A stretch of DNA of 64,000 nt from Macrostomum lignano (GCA_002269645.1 NIVC01000035.1:558001-622000), one strand, 5' to 3'. Shown: positions 22,206-43,214, counted from the first letter of the stretch. The notes: a model not told the origin generated them from the sequence alone. Program-made: numbers and translations.

Positions 22206-24086
22206 ATGAGACTCAAGCTGAGCAGCTTCAGTGGATTATTAGTGACGAGAATCGGTCGGCACAGTTCGCCTTCAGTTCTTCGGCTGTGCTATCTGATGCA
22301 GCTTTTGGCGATGATTCTGGCAGTGACTCTTCTTTTGCTGATTATAAGACGTCCACTGGTGAATGAAAAGACAGGTGCCGAGCTGCTTCCTCTGAGCTTT
22401 TGGTCTGATCCACCTGCGGCCAGGTAAGTAATTTTGTTCTTAAAAGGTGCGTACACTAGTGTGCTCATGCAATTATTTATACCTGTAAGCATTTAAGCAG
22501 CTAGTCCAGTTTCATTACCCACTTCGTTAATTTGATCATTCATGCGTTCGTTCGTTTCATCAATCGTTCGTTCGTTTCAACGTTCGTTCGTTCGTTCGTT
22601 CGTTAGTTTTATCGTTTGTTCTGGATTAACTATCTCATATCTAGTAGTTTATCTAGATACGCTTGTATAATTAAATACACATCAACACAGAAACACAAAG
22701 CAACAGCTCGACTCAAGCAGCTCAGCTTACAACGAACATGAGCAGACCTTTGAGCGATCACTAGCATCAATTTCAACATCTTTAGACGAAGCTGAAAGTT
22801 TAAATCGGGTTATACAAAACCGCCGTCGACTTTCGATGCACAAATTCGACAATGAGTGGCGACTTCCCGTGCTTCGGCTCTCAACTGAAGAGCTAAGTTT
22901 TCAAAGACGCGTTGCAATCGGTGCGAACTGGGCTCGACGTCAATCGGTGGTGTTCGCGGCGACTGTCCGCGATTCGGCGTCCACGGACGCTCTCTTTGTC
23001 AACATCGACAACTTGCTGCGCCTTTCAGCTGCATTTGCCGAAGCTCGATTTGTTCTAGTCGAAGGCGACAGTCACGACGACACTCGGGCGCGTCTGGTCA
23101 ACTGGGCCAGGCAAGATCGCCGAGTATCCGTGCTCGGCTGCGGGCGCGTCAATGCGGCAGCCCGTTGCCAGCCGAAACTCGTCTACGGCAGCTCCGGCCG
23201 CTCGCACCGGCCCGGCTGGTCGATGCGTCGCTCGGCAGGGGAGAAACGGGACCGAACGCTGATTATGTCGGCCCTGCGGAATGTCTACCTTGACTATGCT
23301 AAGCGGCAATCGTTCAATGCCACTCTGCTGATTGTCACGGATCCCGATCTGACTTTTGCTTCCTGGCCTATTCAGAATATTCTGCAGGTATGCCGAGGAA
23401 AAGCGTCAACGCGTAGCCTCCTAGCGCACCCGCATGCGATACAAAACATCCCTGAAAACATCAACTACGAGCAAGTACACAAGTAGTTCGAAAAGCCACT
23501 ATTAGAAAGTCAAAGGGCCGGTGTAAACTCTGTGTGAGCGTGTGTATGAGTGACGATTGTGACGGGACGAATGTTGCGAAAGCGTTGCAAACGTCCTTTA
23601 AAACATGGATACGCTTTTCAAAAGCTCAAGAAACCATTGGCTATCTTGCAGAATCTCTCTGCTCTTTAAACGGCTAAATAATATTCACTGCCTCTCAAAA
23701 TTCAGGGCCTGTACTACTTCGCAACCCGACCGAAACTCGACTCTCTTTGCGCTCGAACTCGCTTTCTCAATCGTCTATACGACCCCTGCACCTTGACGAC
23801 ATTCAAAACGAGGCACTTTTCCGACACGGGAATGTCCGACTCGGACTTGGCCGATCGGCTTGGCAACTACAGCGTCTCAGGCGGAGCGCCAGTAAAGGTG
23901 GCCTCCTGTTTCCAGGCGTTCGCCATCTATAGAATGGCCCAGCTGCTCAGACCCGGCGTCGAGTACGGACCAGCCGAGGGCGAGACTCTGTGCGAGCACA
24001 ACACCCTGTCTAGGCGGCTTGCTGAGAACTACTTAGATGTGAACATGGAGCTGGTGGTGACTGCGCAGAATGAGGGCGGAGTCTGA
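22206..24086 (+). CDS. Type II membrane GT-A glycosyltransferase, CAP59/CMT1 (GT69)-like, about 431 aa; exons 22206-22423, 22691-23387, 23706-24086
   Basis: N-terminal TM segment LMQLLAMILAVTLLLLII; FVLVEGDSHDDTRARLVNW; RTLIMSALRNVYL; DxD motif in VTDPD; VASCFQAFAIY; CEH. Spliced length 1296 nt in frame. Start codon choice is uncertain. Confidence 0.72.
22545..22605 (+). repeat. (TTCG)n microsatellite (glycosyltransferase intron 1)
   Basis: cgttcgttcgttcgttcg. Confidence 0.85.
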
Positions 24087-24247
24087 GGAACTAACTGATG
24101 CAGCAGATTGCCTGCCGCCCATCCATCCAAGCAACTAAAATTCATTTTTCAACATCTAGCTCGTAATTTTCAACGACGCCAGACTCGAAAATCGTGTAAA
24201 TTTCCATGACGGCCGGTTTTCGCTGACAAATGCGTTACTGAGGTAGG

Positions 24248-24290
24248 ATCATCATCATAATCATAATCATCATCATCATCATCATCATCA
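24248..24290 (+). repeat. (ATC)n microsatellite
   Basis: atcatcatcatcatcatcatc. Confidence 0.85.
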
Positions 24291-24399
24291 TTAAACCTCC
24301 ACTCCACTCCTTCAGATTGCCTGCTCGGTCGTCCCTCGATCAACATCACCTCCAAGTGTACACGATCGCGATCGGAATTTTTAAAATCCCCCAACTGAT

Positions 24400-24570
24400 T
24401 CTCCGTATTCCTTATCTTTCCAGTCAGAACTACTATTTTTCTCAGTGCTAATTTCCGTATCTCCTGACAGTTTCTTTCAAGTCATCTTGTATCCTCCTGC
24501 AGGATGTCTGCATCGTCCTCCATGATGTCATCAGCAAATCGAAGATCTCACGCCTCCGAATGAAAAACTT
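24400..24570 (-). mobile_element. Decayed non-LTR (RTE-like) reverse transcriptase fragment
   Basis: The minus strand encodes LRFADDI (24544-24524), followed by D.LQE...LKETVRRYG and, after a frameshift, ISTEK; stops and frameshifts are present. Confidence 0.6.
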
Positions 24571-25212
24571 TGAATTCTCCCCTGAAAAAGCACGTATTCT
24601 CGTACTTGCTCGAACGACAGTCGGGACTTAAGAAGATGACATATTTTTTGGTTTGTTTCTTGAGAAATTTACCCCACTTTCAAGTGGACGAGTAAGCGTC
24701 CTTCTGCGTCGTACTCGTACTTTAAATCCTCGAAAAAAACTGATTGAATATTGTTAGCCCAGATTACCTTCGATTGGAGTGCTCATGATTGAGTAGTGAA
24801 TTTATGAGTTCATGAGAGCGTGCGGGAGCTGATAGCTCAGACAGGGGTTGAAGACAAAATCCCTTCCACCGTAGGCCATAGACTATAAAGCTTGCTCCTA
24901 GGACCCACCGGCCGTGTAACATTAGGCAAATATTCATCTCTCCCCATGCCCCCCGCGCAGGCTCTTCCTACACTATTGGTTTGAAAAACAAAATAAACAG
25001 TCTTGTCGCTTGTTAAGGAAGTTTTGAGATCACAACTAAGAATTTATTTGATTTTTATTTTCAACAAGTGCTATACAAGAATTTAATCCTCTTATTCTTC
25101 AAATTTGTAAGAGATTAGAAAATCCTTGGATATTCATTATGAAGTAGGCATTCAAGAACATGAATGTAGTGATGCTTCAGAGAATCTCTGCAGTTTGGCA
25201 TCAAATAAGCAC

Positions 25213-27231
25213 TCAGATATTCTCATAGTTCTGTTTGCTCCCAGTTGCCAAGCCTCTCACTTTAGCCGCGGTAAACGTCGCTCCATCCTTGACGTAGCCG
25301 GGCACAGAAATCCAGAAATTCAAGTTTGGCAACGCCTGCAAATTGGCCGTCTTCTTCAATAGAAAAACGTTTACAGCGAAGCCGCCCGCTAGGTAGACAA
25401 CCAGCAGGACCAGCACTATGATGATCAAAACGTCCCCGCCGCTCATGCCGCCGCCACCGCTGCCGCCGCCACCTCCACCGTCTACCTCACAGGCGTGCTT
25501 CGAAGTCAGCTTACTGTGGAATATAAACGGACTCGAAATTCCTCCATCGTCTGTGGGCTCAAACTTGTCCGTGGCGTCCGGCGAGCAGACCAGACTGACC
25601 ATGGACTCCCGGATGATCCCGCCACTCTGCTTATTGTCGTACTTGATGTACAAACCGTAGGTGCTGTCGTAACCAAACTTGGCCGTGCTCTGCAAGCCTA
25701 GCAGGAACTCCTGAAGAAGGACAGGGTTGGGTTGCTTCAATACCTGCCTTTTTTGGCTCTCTACAGCACGGAATGCTTCATTTGATCCTTCAACCTGATA
25801 ACAGGCATTCTCCCTAAATAGAAGCATCCCCAGCTAGCAAGCACCCCCCAATAGCAAGCACCCCCCAAATAGCAAGCATCCCCCAGATAGCAAGCACCCC
25901 TAGATAACAAGGATCCCCAGATAGCAAGCACCCCTAGATAACAAGGATCCCCAGATAGCAAGCACCCCTAGATAACAAGGATCCCCAGATAGCAAACACC
26001 CCCAGATAGCAAGGATCCCCAGATAGCAAGCACCCCCAGATAGCAAGCATCCCCCAGATAGCAAGCACCCCTAGATAACAACGATCCCCAGATAGCAAAC
26101 ACCCCAGATAGCAAGGATCCCCAGATAGCAAGCACCCCCAGATAGCAAGGATCCCCAGATAGCAAGCACCCCTAGATAACAAGGATCCCCAGATAGCAAA
26201 CACCCCCAGATAGCAAGGATCCCCAGATAGCAAGCACCCCCAGATAGCAAGCATCCCCCAGATAGCAAGCACCCCTAGATAACAACGATCCCCAGATAGC
26301 AAACACCCCAGATAGCAAGGATCCCCAGATAGCAAGCACCCCCAGATAGCAAGGATCCCCAGATAGCAAGCACCCCCAGATAGCAAGGATCCCCAGATAG
26401 CAAGCACCCCCAGATAGCAAGCACCCCTAGATAACAACGATCCCCAGATAACAAACACTCCCAGATAGCAAGCATCCCCCAGATAGCAAGGATCCCCAGA
26501 TAACAAACACTCCCAGATAGCAAGCATCCCCCAGATAGCAAGCACCCCTAGATAGCAAGCACCCCCCCCCCAAATAGCAAGCATCCCCCAGACAGCAAGC
26601 ACCCCCAGATAGCAAGCACCCACCCCAAATTGCTCCCCCAAATCTTTTAGCTCTCCCTATGTAAGAGACGCTCTGGTCCTCAGAGCACTAAAACTTATAA
26701 ACGACACCTGCAGTAAGAGGTTTGAGGGACATGTGACTTCAAGCTGCAGACATATTGAGACACATTGCACTAGAGCATGTAAAATCTGGGCCCACCGGTC
26801 ATTTGCACCTCCATCAGCCCTCTTGGATCGAGGTTAAATCAATAAACAGACAAGATTGTCTCACCTGGGAGCCCGCAGCGGAATTCTGACAACTAGCCGC
26901 GTCACTGCCAGACTCGCATTGAACACCAGTGCACGGATTGTAAGAGTACAGCCAGTTCCGATTCGGTCCCAGAATCCGCTTGAATTGAAAACCGCTAGCA
27001 CTGGCTATCGGTGACAGATCGATGAACTTTCCCGAGCTGGTCTCGCATTTGCAGTTGTTTATCTGCTTCACGCAAGTTACCTGAGAGCGGCACATTAGCA
27101 GTGAGTACATGCATACTAGCAAACAGTTTCTTAATTCTATACTTAGGATGATTCAACAGCTAAAACACATTTACCTGCTGACTATGGACTGCAGAAAATA
27201 TCGATACGAAGATTAATATTTTTGGGTGCAT
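25213..27231 (-). CDS. Cation-dependent mannose-6-phosphate receptor/ATG27-like type I membrane protein (one MRH domain), 256 aa; exons 27231-27175, 27080-26865, 25710-25213
   Basis: Signal peptide MHPKILIFVSIFSAVHS; MRH motifs IDLSPI, YSYNPC, SLVCSP, LTSKHAC; TM segment VLIIIVLVLLVVYLAGGFAV; cytosolic LPNLNFW..VPGYVKDG and a C-terminal YENI tyrosine sorting motif. Confidence 0.82.
25825..26630 (+). repeat. Tandem array, about 17-bp unit (M6PR-like intron 2)
   Basis: cagatagcaagcacccc / cagatagcaaggatccc. Confidence 0.94.
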
Positions 27232-27569
27232 TTAGAATTTCAGCACTCGATGGAATTTATGTAGCTGTTGCTAAAACCTTCTACTGCTCTCTTCTTTAGA
27301 CTCAAAAAATTTAAATGCTTTTAAAGCCTTTTTAACGAGTCGAAGCGCTTTAAGATAAGACTTAAGTTGGACACCGTTTTCACTTTCATTTTCTGCAGTA
27401 CTTGATAAAAAATGTTCGGGTTTTGACACAGCTCCATATCGGAAATTATGCGTACATTTGAAAGTTATTTCACTAAAAACGCAGTGACATTTCAAGTACA
27501 GACAAAAGCTCTGGTGCAATTTACCGCGCAAACGGTTGAAAATGACAGTATTGATGAAACATGCTCGTT

Positions 27570-28308
27570 TTTTAGCACCAGGGGCTTTAGCACCAGGGGC
27601 TTTAGCACCAGGGGCTTTAGCACCATGGGCTTTAGCATCAGGGGCTTTAGCATCAGGGGCTTTAGCACCAGGGGCTTTAGCATCAGGGGCTTTAGCACCA
27701 GGGGCTTTAGCACCATGGGCTTTAGCACCAGGGGCTTTAGCATCAGGGGCTTTAGCACCAGGGGCTTTAGCACCATGGGCTTTAGCATCAGGGGCTTTAG
27801 CACCATGGGCTTTAGCACCAGGGGCTTTAGCACCATGGGCTTAAGCATCAGGGGCTTTAGCACCAGGGGCTTTAGCATCAGGGGCTTTAGCATCAGGGGC
27901 TTTAGCACCAGGGGCTTTAACACCAGGGGCTTTAACACCAGGGGCTTTAACACTAGGGGCTTTAACACCAGGGGCTTTAACACCAGGGGCTTTAACACCA
28001 GGGGCTTTAGCAGCAGGGGCGCTAGCACCAGAGGCTTTAGCATCAGGAGATTTAGCACCAGGGGATTTAGCACCAGGGGATTTAGTACCAGGGGCTTTAA
28101 CACCAGGGGCGCTAGCATCAGAGGCTTTAGCACCAGGAGATTTAGCACCAGGGGATTTAGCACCAGGAGATTTAGCACCAGGGGATTAGTACCAGGAGTT
28201 TAGCATCAGGGGCGCCAGCAACAGGGGCGCCAGCAACAGGGGCGCCAGCAACAGGGGCGCCAGCAACAGGGGCGCCAGCAACAGGGGCGCCAGCAACTGG
28301 GGCGCCAG
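27570..28308 (+). repeat. Compound 15-bp arrays between the TMEM67 3' end and the M6PR-like 5' end
   Basis: tttagcaccaggggc (27570-28200), then ggggcgccagcaaca (28205-28308). Confidence 0.95.
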
Positions 28309-29054
28309 CCGAATGGACGAAATAAATCACAAATAACAGGAAGGATTGAGTCACAGTATAATATCGTATTTGTCACGCTTATATATTTATTAAATTAAAA
28401 AAATTATCAATTGATGTTTTATTCGCAGCATGTACAATACAATCGAGTGTATGGGATGCACAGCATCAGTTATGGTTGGTTCACAATCACATGTTTACAG
28501 TATAATTTTTGTGACCTGCAAACTGGTACTAAAAGAATAAATATAATTAAAACATATTTTAAAAATTCAGTTTCAATCGAAATTTAATTAAGATACTCGA
28601 ATTTGAATTGTTGCGTTCTAATGTGTACATAGCAAAACAAATCAGTTTAGGTAGCTAGCAAATATTTAGCAGTTATTTTTGTTATTATCATTGAAAAATT
28701 TGAATTTTATTGTTTTACTTAATCTCAAGTTTAATTATTTACTTTGCTTTGATGTTGGTTCACGATAAAAATATACATAATCTTTAAGACAGAAAATTTG
28801 AGATAGATAAGAGCGCAGAATATGCAAGAAAAACTACACGAAAATCAACAGTACATGGCACAGGTCATCACTAATACGTAGGAGAAATTCAGTTTTGTTT
28901 TAACGAAACGAGATTAGCTGGGATGGTACGGTTTGGATATGGTAAAGAAAATAACTTTAATGTGCTTCGTAACTTTATTGTCAACCAAAGTCTTTGTTTT
29001 AGACTTGTGTCCGAATCCGAACATTAATAATAATATCTTTCGCGTCCGATAGTC

Positions 29055-37220
<8,166 letters not shown>

Positions 37221-38055
37221 TGCGGAAGCATTCAATAGTCTATAGAAAACAAAAGGCACAAAAAATGTTGGAGTATGCCATGTTAAAAGTGTGTATAAAA
37301 CAATATTAGCACTTAAAAAATTATTTTCAAAGAAAAAAATTATGATCACTTATTTCTTTTAAGCATAGGAAAGGCTTTTTACTTACTTTTATAATATTTT
37401 TTTATAAAAACTTAACTGGATTTGTTATTCTGTTTGATGTCTTGTAAAACGATTTAAAAAGGTCTACCGTGTGCATGTATTATCTAGATTAATATGGATC
37501 CCAAGACCAAGAAGAGGGTATGTATTCTTCAAGCACCAAAAAGCAACCTTGGGTACCGAAATTCTGGGTACCAAAGAGCACTGATACTCAAAAGTGTGGA
37601 CACCTTAGGAATTAAGATTATAGATGTAACTGCTAAGAATCAAGCTAGGCTACGAATAAGATCTAATTTTTTAAAAACCGTTTTAATATTTAGAGTGTTT
37701 TTTCTGCCACCATCATCTTAGGATGCTATATTGATTGAAATAAGTATAAGCTTATTGCAAATGCAAACTTAATGGGCTACGTCTAATGGTCTCTTCCCCT
37801 AGCTAGATTGGCTTGATCAGTTGGGTATTTAACAAATTCACATGCATTAAGTCCTATATACTAACTAGGCCTAGGCCTACCTAGTCATTTTGGTAGCAAG
37901 ACATTTCAGTCAGAGGTCATTTTGGCAGGCAGAGGTCATTTTGGTAATAAGACTAGTGTCTTTGGTGATAGCTGTTTTGCTAGAATATATTTGTTTCACA
38001 ACTTAGACTTTGGCCTTGGTTATAATTGTTATTTTAGTACTGATTAGGCCACCCC

Positions 38056-38747
38056 TAAGGGTCACAATCCTGGGATTTTGGGATTTAGGGCTTTTTCCAG
38101 GATTCATGGGTCAGGATTTAAACCCAGAATTTTAATGCTATGTTTTTATAATGTCTAATATAATATAGCAAGTATTTTATTATCAAATGGCAGTTAGTTC
38201 AAATATGGAACATACATGCATACATGTCCATTCTCCATTGCCCACTTTGTTAGGTCTTTATGTTGTTTGAGTTGAGTCTTGTTTAAATCATTTAATATTG
38301 AGATTTGATTTTAAAGTTTGAACTTGTTGTTGTGAGTCTAGACTCTAGACTGACAAGTGACAATATGAATGCCTAGGCAGTAGTAGGTTCAGGTTCAGGT
38401 TGTGACTTATGTTGTGACTGTGAGTCCTTGTGACTCCTTGTGAGTGTGCTTCATGCCATGGGCCAACAACTCCACAACCATGTCCATGAGTCATATACAT
38501 TTGTTTTGCAATGTGCATACTACTAGTACTATTATATAGTATGTAATATATGTATATACATTCATATTGCTTTGCATAGGCCCCTAGTAATCAATAATGA
38601 TAGTGATATATATTAGATAGTCTAAAATGTTAAATATATTAGATTACCAGACTAGCATTACCCCTTTAGCTGTCGTAACATTTACAACAAGGTGCTAGAA
38701 AAATATCAATCCTGGGATTGACAGAATCTAGGATTTTGTGACCTCTA
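38056..38747. mobile_element. Old hAT-like MITE (probable)
   Basis: Imperfect terminal inverted repeats taagggtcacaatcctgggatt...aatcctgggatt..ggattttgtgacctcta; no TSD recognisable. Confidence 0.45.
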
Positions 38748-39389
38748 GTATTGATATTAAAGTTTGTTCAAATTTCCTAAAAGATACTACTAGGCCAAAA
38801 CAAATGAGTAATATTGTATTAAAATTTGTTTATTGCTTTTTAAGGCCAAAAGGTGCCAATATTTTATATATAAATTATATATTTCAGTATATAGTTTCTA
38901 TATTAGGCCTAATATTATAAATATAATTTGAAAATGTTATAAGTACATATAAAGTTTTACTTTAATATGTTTCATATATTGTAATAATTTTAGGCCTAAA
39001 TAATTTCAAATATTTTAGTGTATTCATATTAATGGGCAACTTATAGGTATTTATATAATTTATTAGGAATATTTATATGTTTCTTAGTAAGTAAATTAAT
39101 AATTCATTTTGATAATCTATCTATTTCTTTTTCGATAGCCTTTTCTAGGAATATTCTAAAATCTTCTTTTTTTGAAAATCGTGAAATATTCATATGAAAT
39201 AAAAACATTAAATGCAAATCAAGCAAAGTTTTGGCAGCTTAAAAATATTCACCAAGCCTAAGTTCAGAAAGCAAAAAAGTGGTTTATTTTTTAGTTTATA
39301 AAGTGTGAGACAGTGGCAGGGCAAGATATTGCCCAATAAAAGTCAAGGTTGTAAAGTCAGTTTGGCTATTTGACCAACCATATAATATA

Positions 39390-39741
39390 AATAGAGGCAG
39401 GGGGTTGTGTGTACCCTGGTGCACTTTAAGCAACATGGGCACACAACCCGCAAGAAGCATTACTGCCCATTCCACTGACTCCCCTGAGCAGGCATGCAAG
39501 CGTGCAGATTTGTACGCAGGCACATACTCACACAAGAGTGTACAGCGGCCCTAAATTTATTTATTGTTAGGCATGTACACTTTACTGCGCCTTAGTGGGT
39601 TGGCTCTCAAGGCTGTTAATTGCATGAGCAGAGCCAAGCCAAAATTCGAATTCAGCCCCAAATTAATGTGACTGCACTTGGAATCAAGCCTGGATTGCTG
39701 GCACACCAGAGCAGCTGCGCTACCACTAGGCTATGACCCCC
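39390..39741 (-). mobile_element. SINE family A, copy 3
   Basis: Reverse complement of the same head and body (gactgcacttggaatcaagcctgg...ctatgacccc; ccattccactgactcccctgagcaggc). Confidence 0.8.
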
Positions 39742-39759
39742 TTTTGACCAACCATACAT

Positions 39760-39890
39760 GCGCAACCTTGGGAATCACTTGGCCATTTCTATTGGCAACA
39801 CACACGTATAAGTCACTATTGGATGGAATAGTAGTCATGTGACTGCTCTTAGCAAATAGCAACATGGCCAGGTGAATCCCTAGGTTGCGC
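39760..39890. repeat. About 130-bp imperfect inverted repeat (hairpin/MITE remnant)
   Basis: GCGCAACCTTGGGAATCACTTGGCCAT pairs with ATGGCCAGGTGAATCCCTAGGTTGCGC. Confidence 0.7.
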
Positions 39891-41519
39891 CCAAGCATGT
39901 GACCAACTAACCCTTAATTGGGCATTGTGAGGTTAAGTGTGTAGGCTAGCAGGCTACCACAAACTACAATTATAATCTATATATTTATGAGTAGAAAAGA
40001 GCTTATTGCCTATTATTTTTTTCTGTTTAACCCCAAATACCTTTCTCATGTTTACTATACTACTTAAAATACTAAGTAGCATAAAGTTTTTATTTTAAAT
40101 TTCACAAAAGATTTCTAATTGTTGCACACATATTCAATAGTTTGCATTTTTTATTTCTACTTGAAGTAGTAAACCAGGGCTATTAGGGCTAATGAGTTGG
40201 GCTCTTGCTTTATTATCTTTGACAAGTGACTCAAGCAGCCTAGTAAGCCGTATACTAACCGCTGCTAACTCTTCTTAACTTGCAAGTGTTCGTTAGCAAA
40301 TGCTGTAGCCCACTGTGCTAGGAGCCCCCCAACCCCCAGCCCACGAAATGCAACGCTTAATTCTGTTTTTTTGCTTTTAATTCTGTTGAAACTAAGCACC
40401 TCTGATCCAACACTAATCAACCCTTTCGACAAGATTGATAAAGGCTTATACCATCAGTCAGTGGACTCAGTGGGGAGAGAAGTCTCAATGCGCAGTCTCT
40501 CTGTCGTGAGCTCCTGTCGCATCCTTCATGCTGCTTCTTTCCATTCTAGGTGACCAATCAGCCTTGAGCTGATGAAGGGTCAGGCTACAACGTGTCCATA
40601 TTATTTAAGCTAGTGAATCTTTCTCTCTCTACCTACTCTCGCTACACAAACAGGAAGCTATACCCAGGTAGATGCGAGGCTGCAATTAGTGGATTAATAA
40701 AGTAAAGCTAGCTTGAGTATCCAAGACTGCTGCTACTAAGAACTGATTATTTCTTGTTTTTAAGTCAGCGCGAGCATCCTGTTTCTGTGTACTGAGCCAA
40801 GTCTCAGTGCTTGTGTATCAGTGGTCACGCACGCACGAAGTAAGTTAACTTTCTTATTCATAAATCATCAGTGTTTACAGTATTGCTTTTGTCAGCCAGG
40901 TTGACAACTCCCATTTGGCAGCAGTAGATTTGGTCTCGCCTAGAGACACAGACTAAAAGGCCGAGCAAATCGATAATTGTATCCTTTTGTCTATGGTTTT
41001 CGACCACCTATGCCGACCACCTATGGTTTTCGGCAAGAATACGATTGTTTGCCAGCTGTTTTCTTCACTGTCCTTTCCAATTACCATAGACGATTGACTG
41101 CTTATCTTTACTGCTTTATCAAAGTGCCATAGACAGAAGGATTGAAGAGAAGCCCGGTAACAATCATATTTCACACAAAAGGGTATAATAAACGACATAG
41201 ACAGATTCTTTCACGACAGCAATTACTTAAGCTAAAGCCGCGAAAAAATCCGTATGTATCGTACATTCTCATTTTTTACTAAACGCCAAATTGTAACAGA
41301 CGAACGAGAAAAGCAAGCTAAAAGCATAAAGCATTCACCGTCACTGTTTCAGTGATTCAAGTGTCACTGTTGGGAGTCACTGAAAAACCATTAGCTAGTG
41401 ATCAAACACTCGTGGTTGCTATACTATACCCGTCACTGACTGTACTTTGGACATGCACACAGGGAATGAGAATAGGTTTGTTTCGCTGTTAATTTTTTGT
41501 TGCCTTATTTTGATTGTCT

Positions 41520-41820
41520 ATGGCCCCAATTTTTTATTAGAGGCATGGGCATTGTGCACCTGGTTCACTTTAAGCGACATTGTCACAACCGGCGAGAGGA
41601 ATACTACCCATTCCACTGACTCCCCTGAGCAGTCATACGCACTGGCACACACTCACACAGGAGTGTACAATGGACCGAACTTTTTTATCGTTAGGCATGT
41701 ACACTTCACACTGTGCCTTGGGGGTTGGCTTTAATTGGCTTTAAAATTAAAGTGACTGCACTTGGAATCGAGCCTGGGCCTAGCACAGAGCGTCGCGCTG
41801 GACCACTGGGCTACGCCCCC
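41520..41820 (-). mobile_element. SINE family A, copy 4
   Basis: gtgactgcacttggaatcgagcctggg...accactgggctacgcccc; ccattccactgactcccctgagcag; shares its tail with copy 3. Confidence 0.8.
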
Positions 41821-42329
41821 TCCTGTCTATGGCCCAAACATAGTCGAAAAACTTTCAATAGCCAATCGTTCATCTCGTGTAGCTGCTTTGCGTAGACATG
41901 AAGGCTTTTCAATGTTGCTGAGTGTAGTTACTTGAAAAGTAAATATTTTGATTCTTGAATTATTCTTTATTCAGAAATACATTTTTGCAACGTTGGTTGC
42001 TCCATTTAATCGTATGTGCCTACAGAAAGCCTGTTTGATGGGGCTTGCAGCCTCTATTTCTTGTCTGATAAAGTCCATCCAAAATGAACCCACTGAATCG
42101 ATACTAAAATGCGCCGAAGTAGCCCTTCTCTGATCCACTGGCTTGCACGAAATGCAGGCCTCTTGCATTCTATTCGAGAGAAATCGATTTAGCTAACAGG
42201 GCCGACAGCCATGTCGAGGCTTTTTTGCTTTTGCCAGACCCGTTTGCTTCTATTATATTCAATCAATTATATTGCCACTATTGCTGTTATGCAGTGCACT
42301 TGGTCTAGTGTCTTAGAGTCATTACTGTA

Positions 42330-42975
42330 AGCTGTAGGTTGTAACTAAGCTGTAGCTATAAGCTTTAGCTATAAGCTTTAGCTGTAAGCTGTAAGCTGTA
42401 GCTGTCACTGTAAACTGTTAATGTAAACTGTAGGTTTAAGCTGCAAGCTGTAGTTGTAAACTGTAGCTGTAAACTGTAAGCTGTAGCTTTAAGCTGTAAC
42501 TGTAAATTGTAGGTTTAAGCTGTAGCTGTAGCTGTAAGCTGTAGCTGTAAGCTGTAGCTGTAAGCTGTAGCTGTAAGCTGTAGCTGTAAGCTGTAGCTGT
42601 AAGCTGTAGCTGTAAGCTGTAGCTGTAAGCTGTAGCTGTAAGCTGTAGCTGTAACTGTAAGCTGTAACTGTAAGCTGTAGCTGTAGCTCTAAGCTGTAGC
42701 TGTAAGCTGTCAGCTGTAGCTGTAAGCTGTAGCTGTAAGCTGTAGCTGTAAGCTGTAGCTGTAAGCTGTAGCTGTAAGCTGTAGCTGTAAGCTGTAGCTG
42801 TAAGCTGTAGCTGTAAGCTGTAGCTGTAAGCTGTAGCTGTAAGCTGTAGCTGTAAGCTGTAGCTGTAAGCTGTAGCTGTAAGCTGTAGCTGTAAGCTGTA
42901 GCTGTAAGCTGTAGCTGTAAGCTGTAGCTGTAAGCTGTAGCTGTAAGCTGTAGCTGTAAGCTGTAGCTGTAAGCT
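42330..42975 (+). repeat. 13-bp tandem repeat upstream of the ADISSP CDS
   Basis: gtagctgtaagct. Confidence 0.95.
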
Positions 42976-43214
42976 CTCATCTTTAGAATTTGAAGTAGAA
43001 TTTACTGCTCCTTTGGGGTTGGCTAATTTTTTATTTTGAATATCTAATGCATTTTTGCTTTCAAGTTATGTGCTTAATTTTGTCGTTAAATTCAAAACAG
43101 TGTAACTTTGAACTGTTTTTTTATTTCAGTTCGATCAACGTCTTCAGTTTGAGTCTTGCGCCCTGCTTCATCTCAGAGAATAATTAATTTTAACGCTGAA
43201 GTTACAATTGTGAG

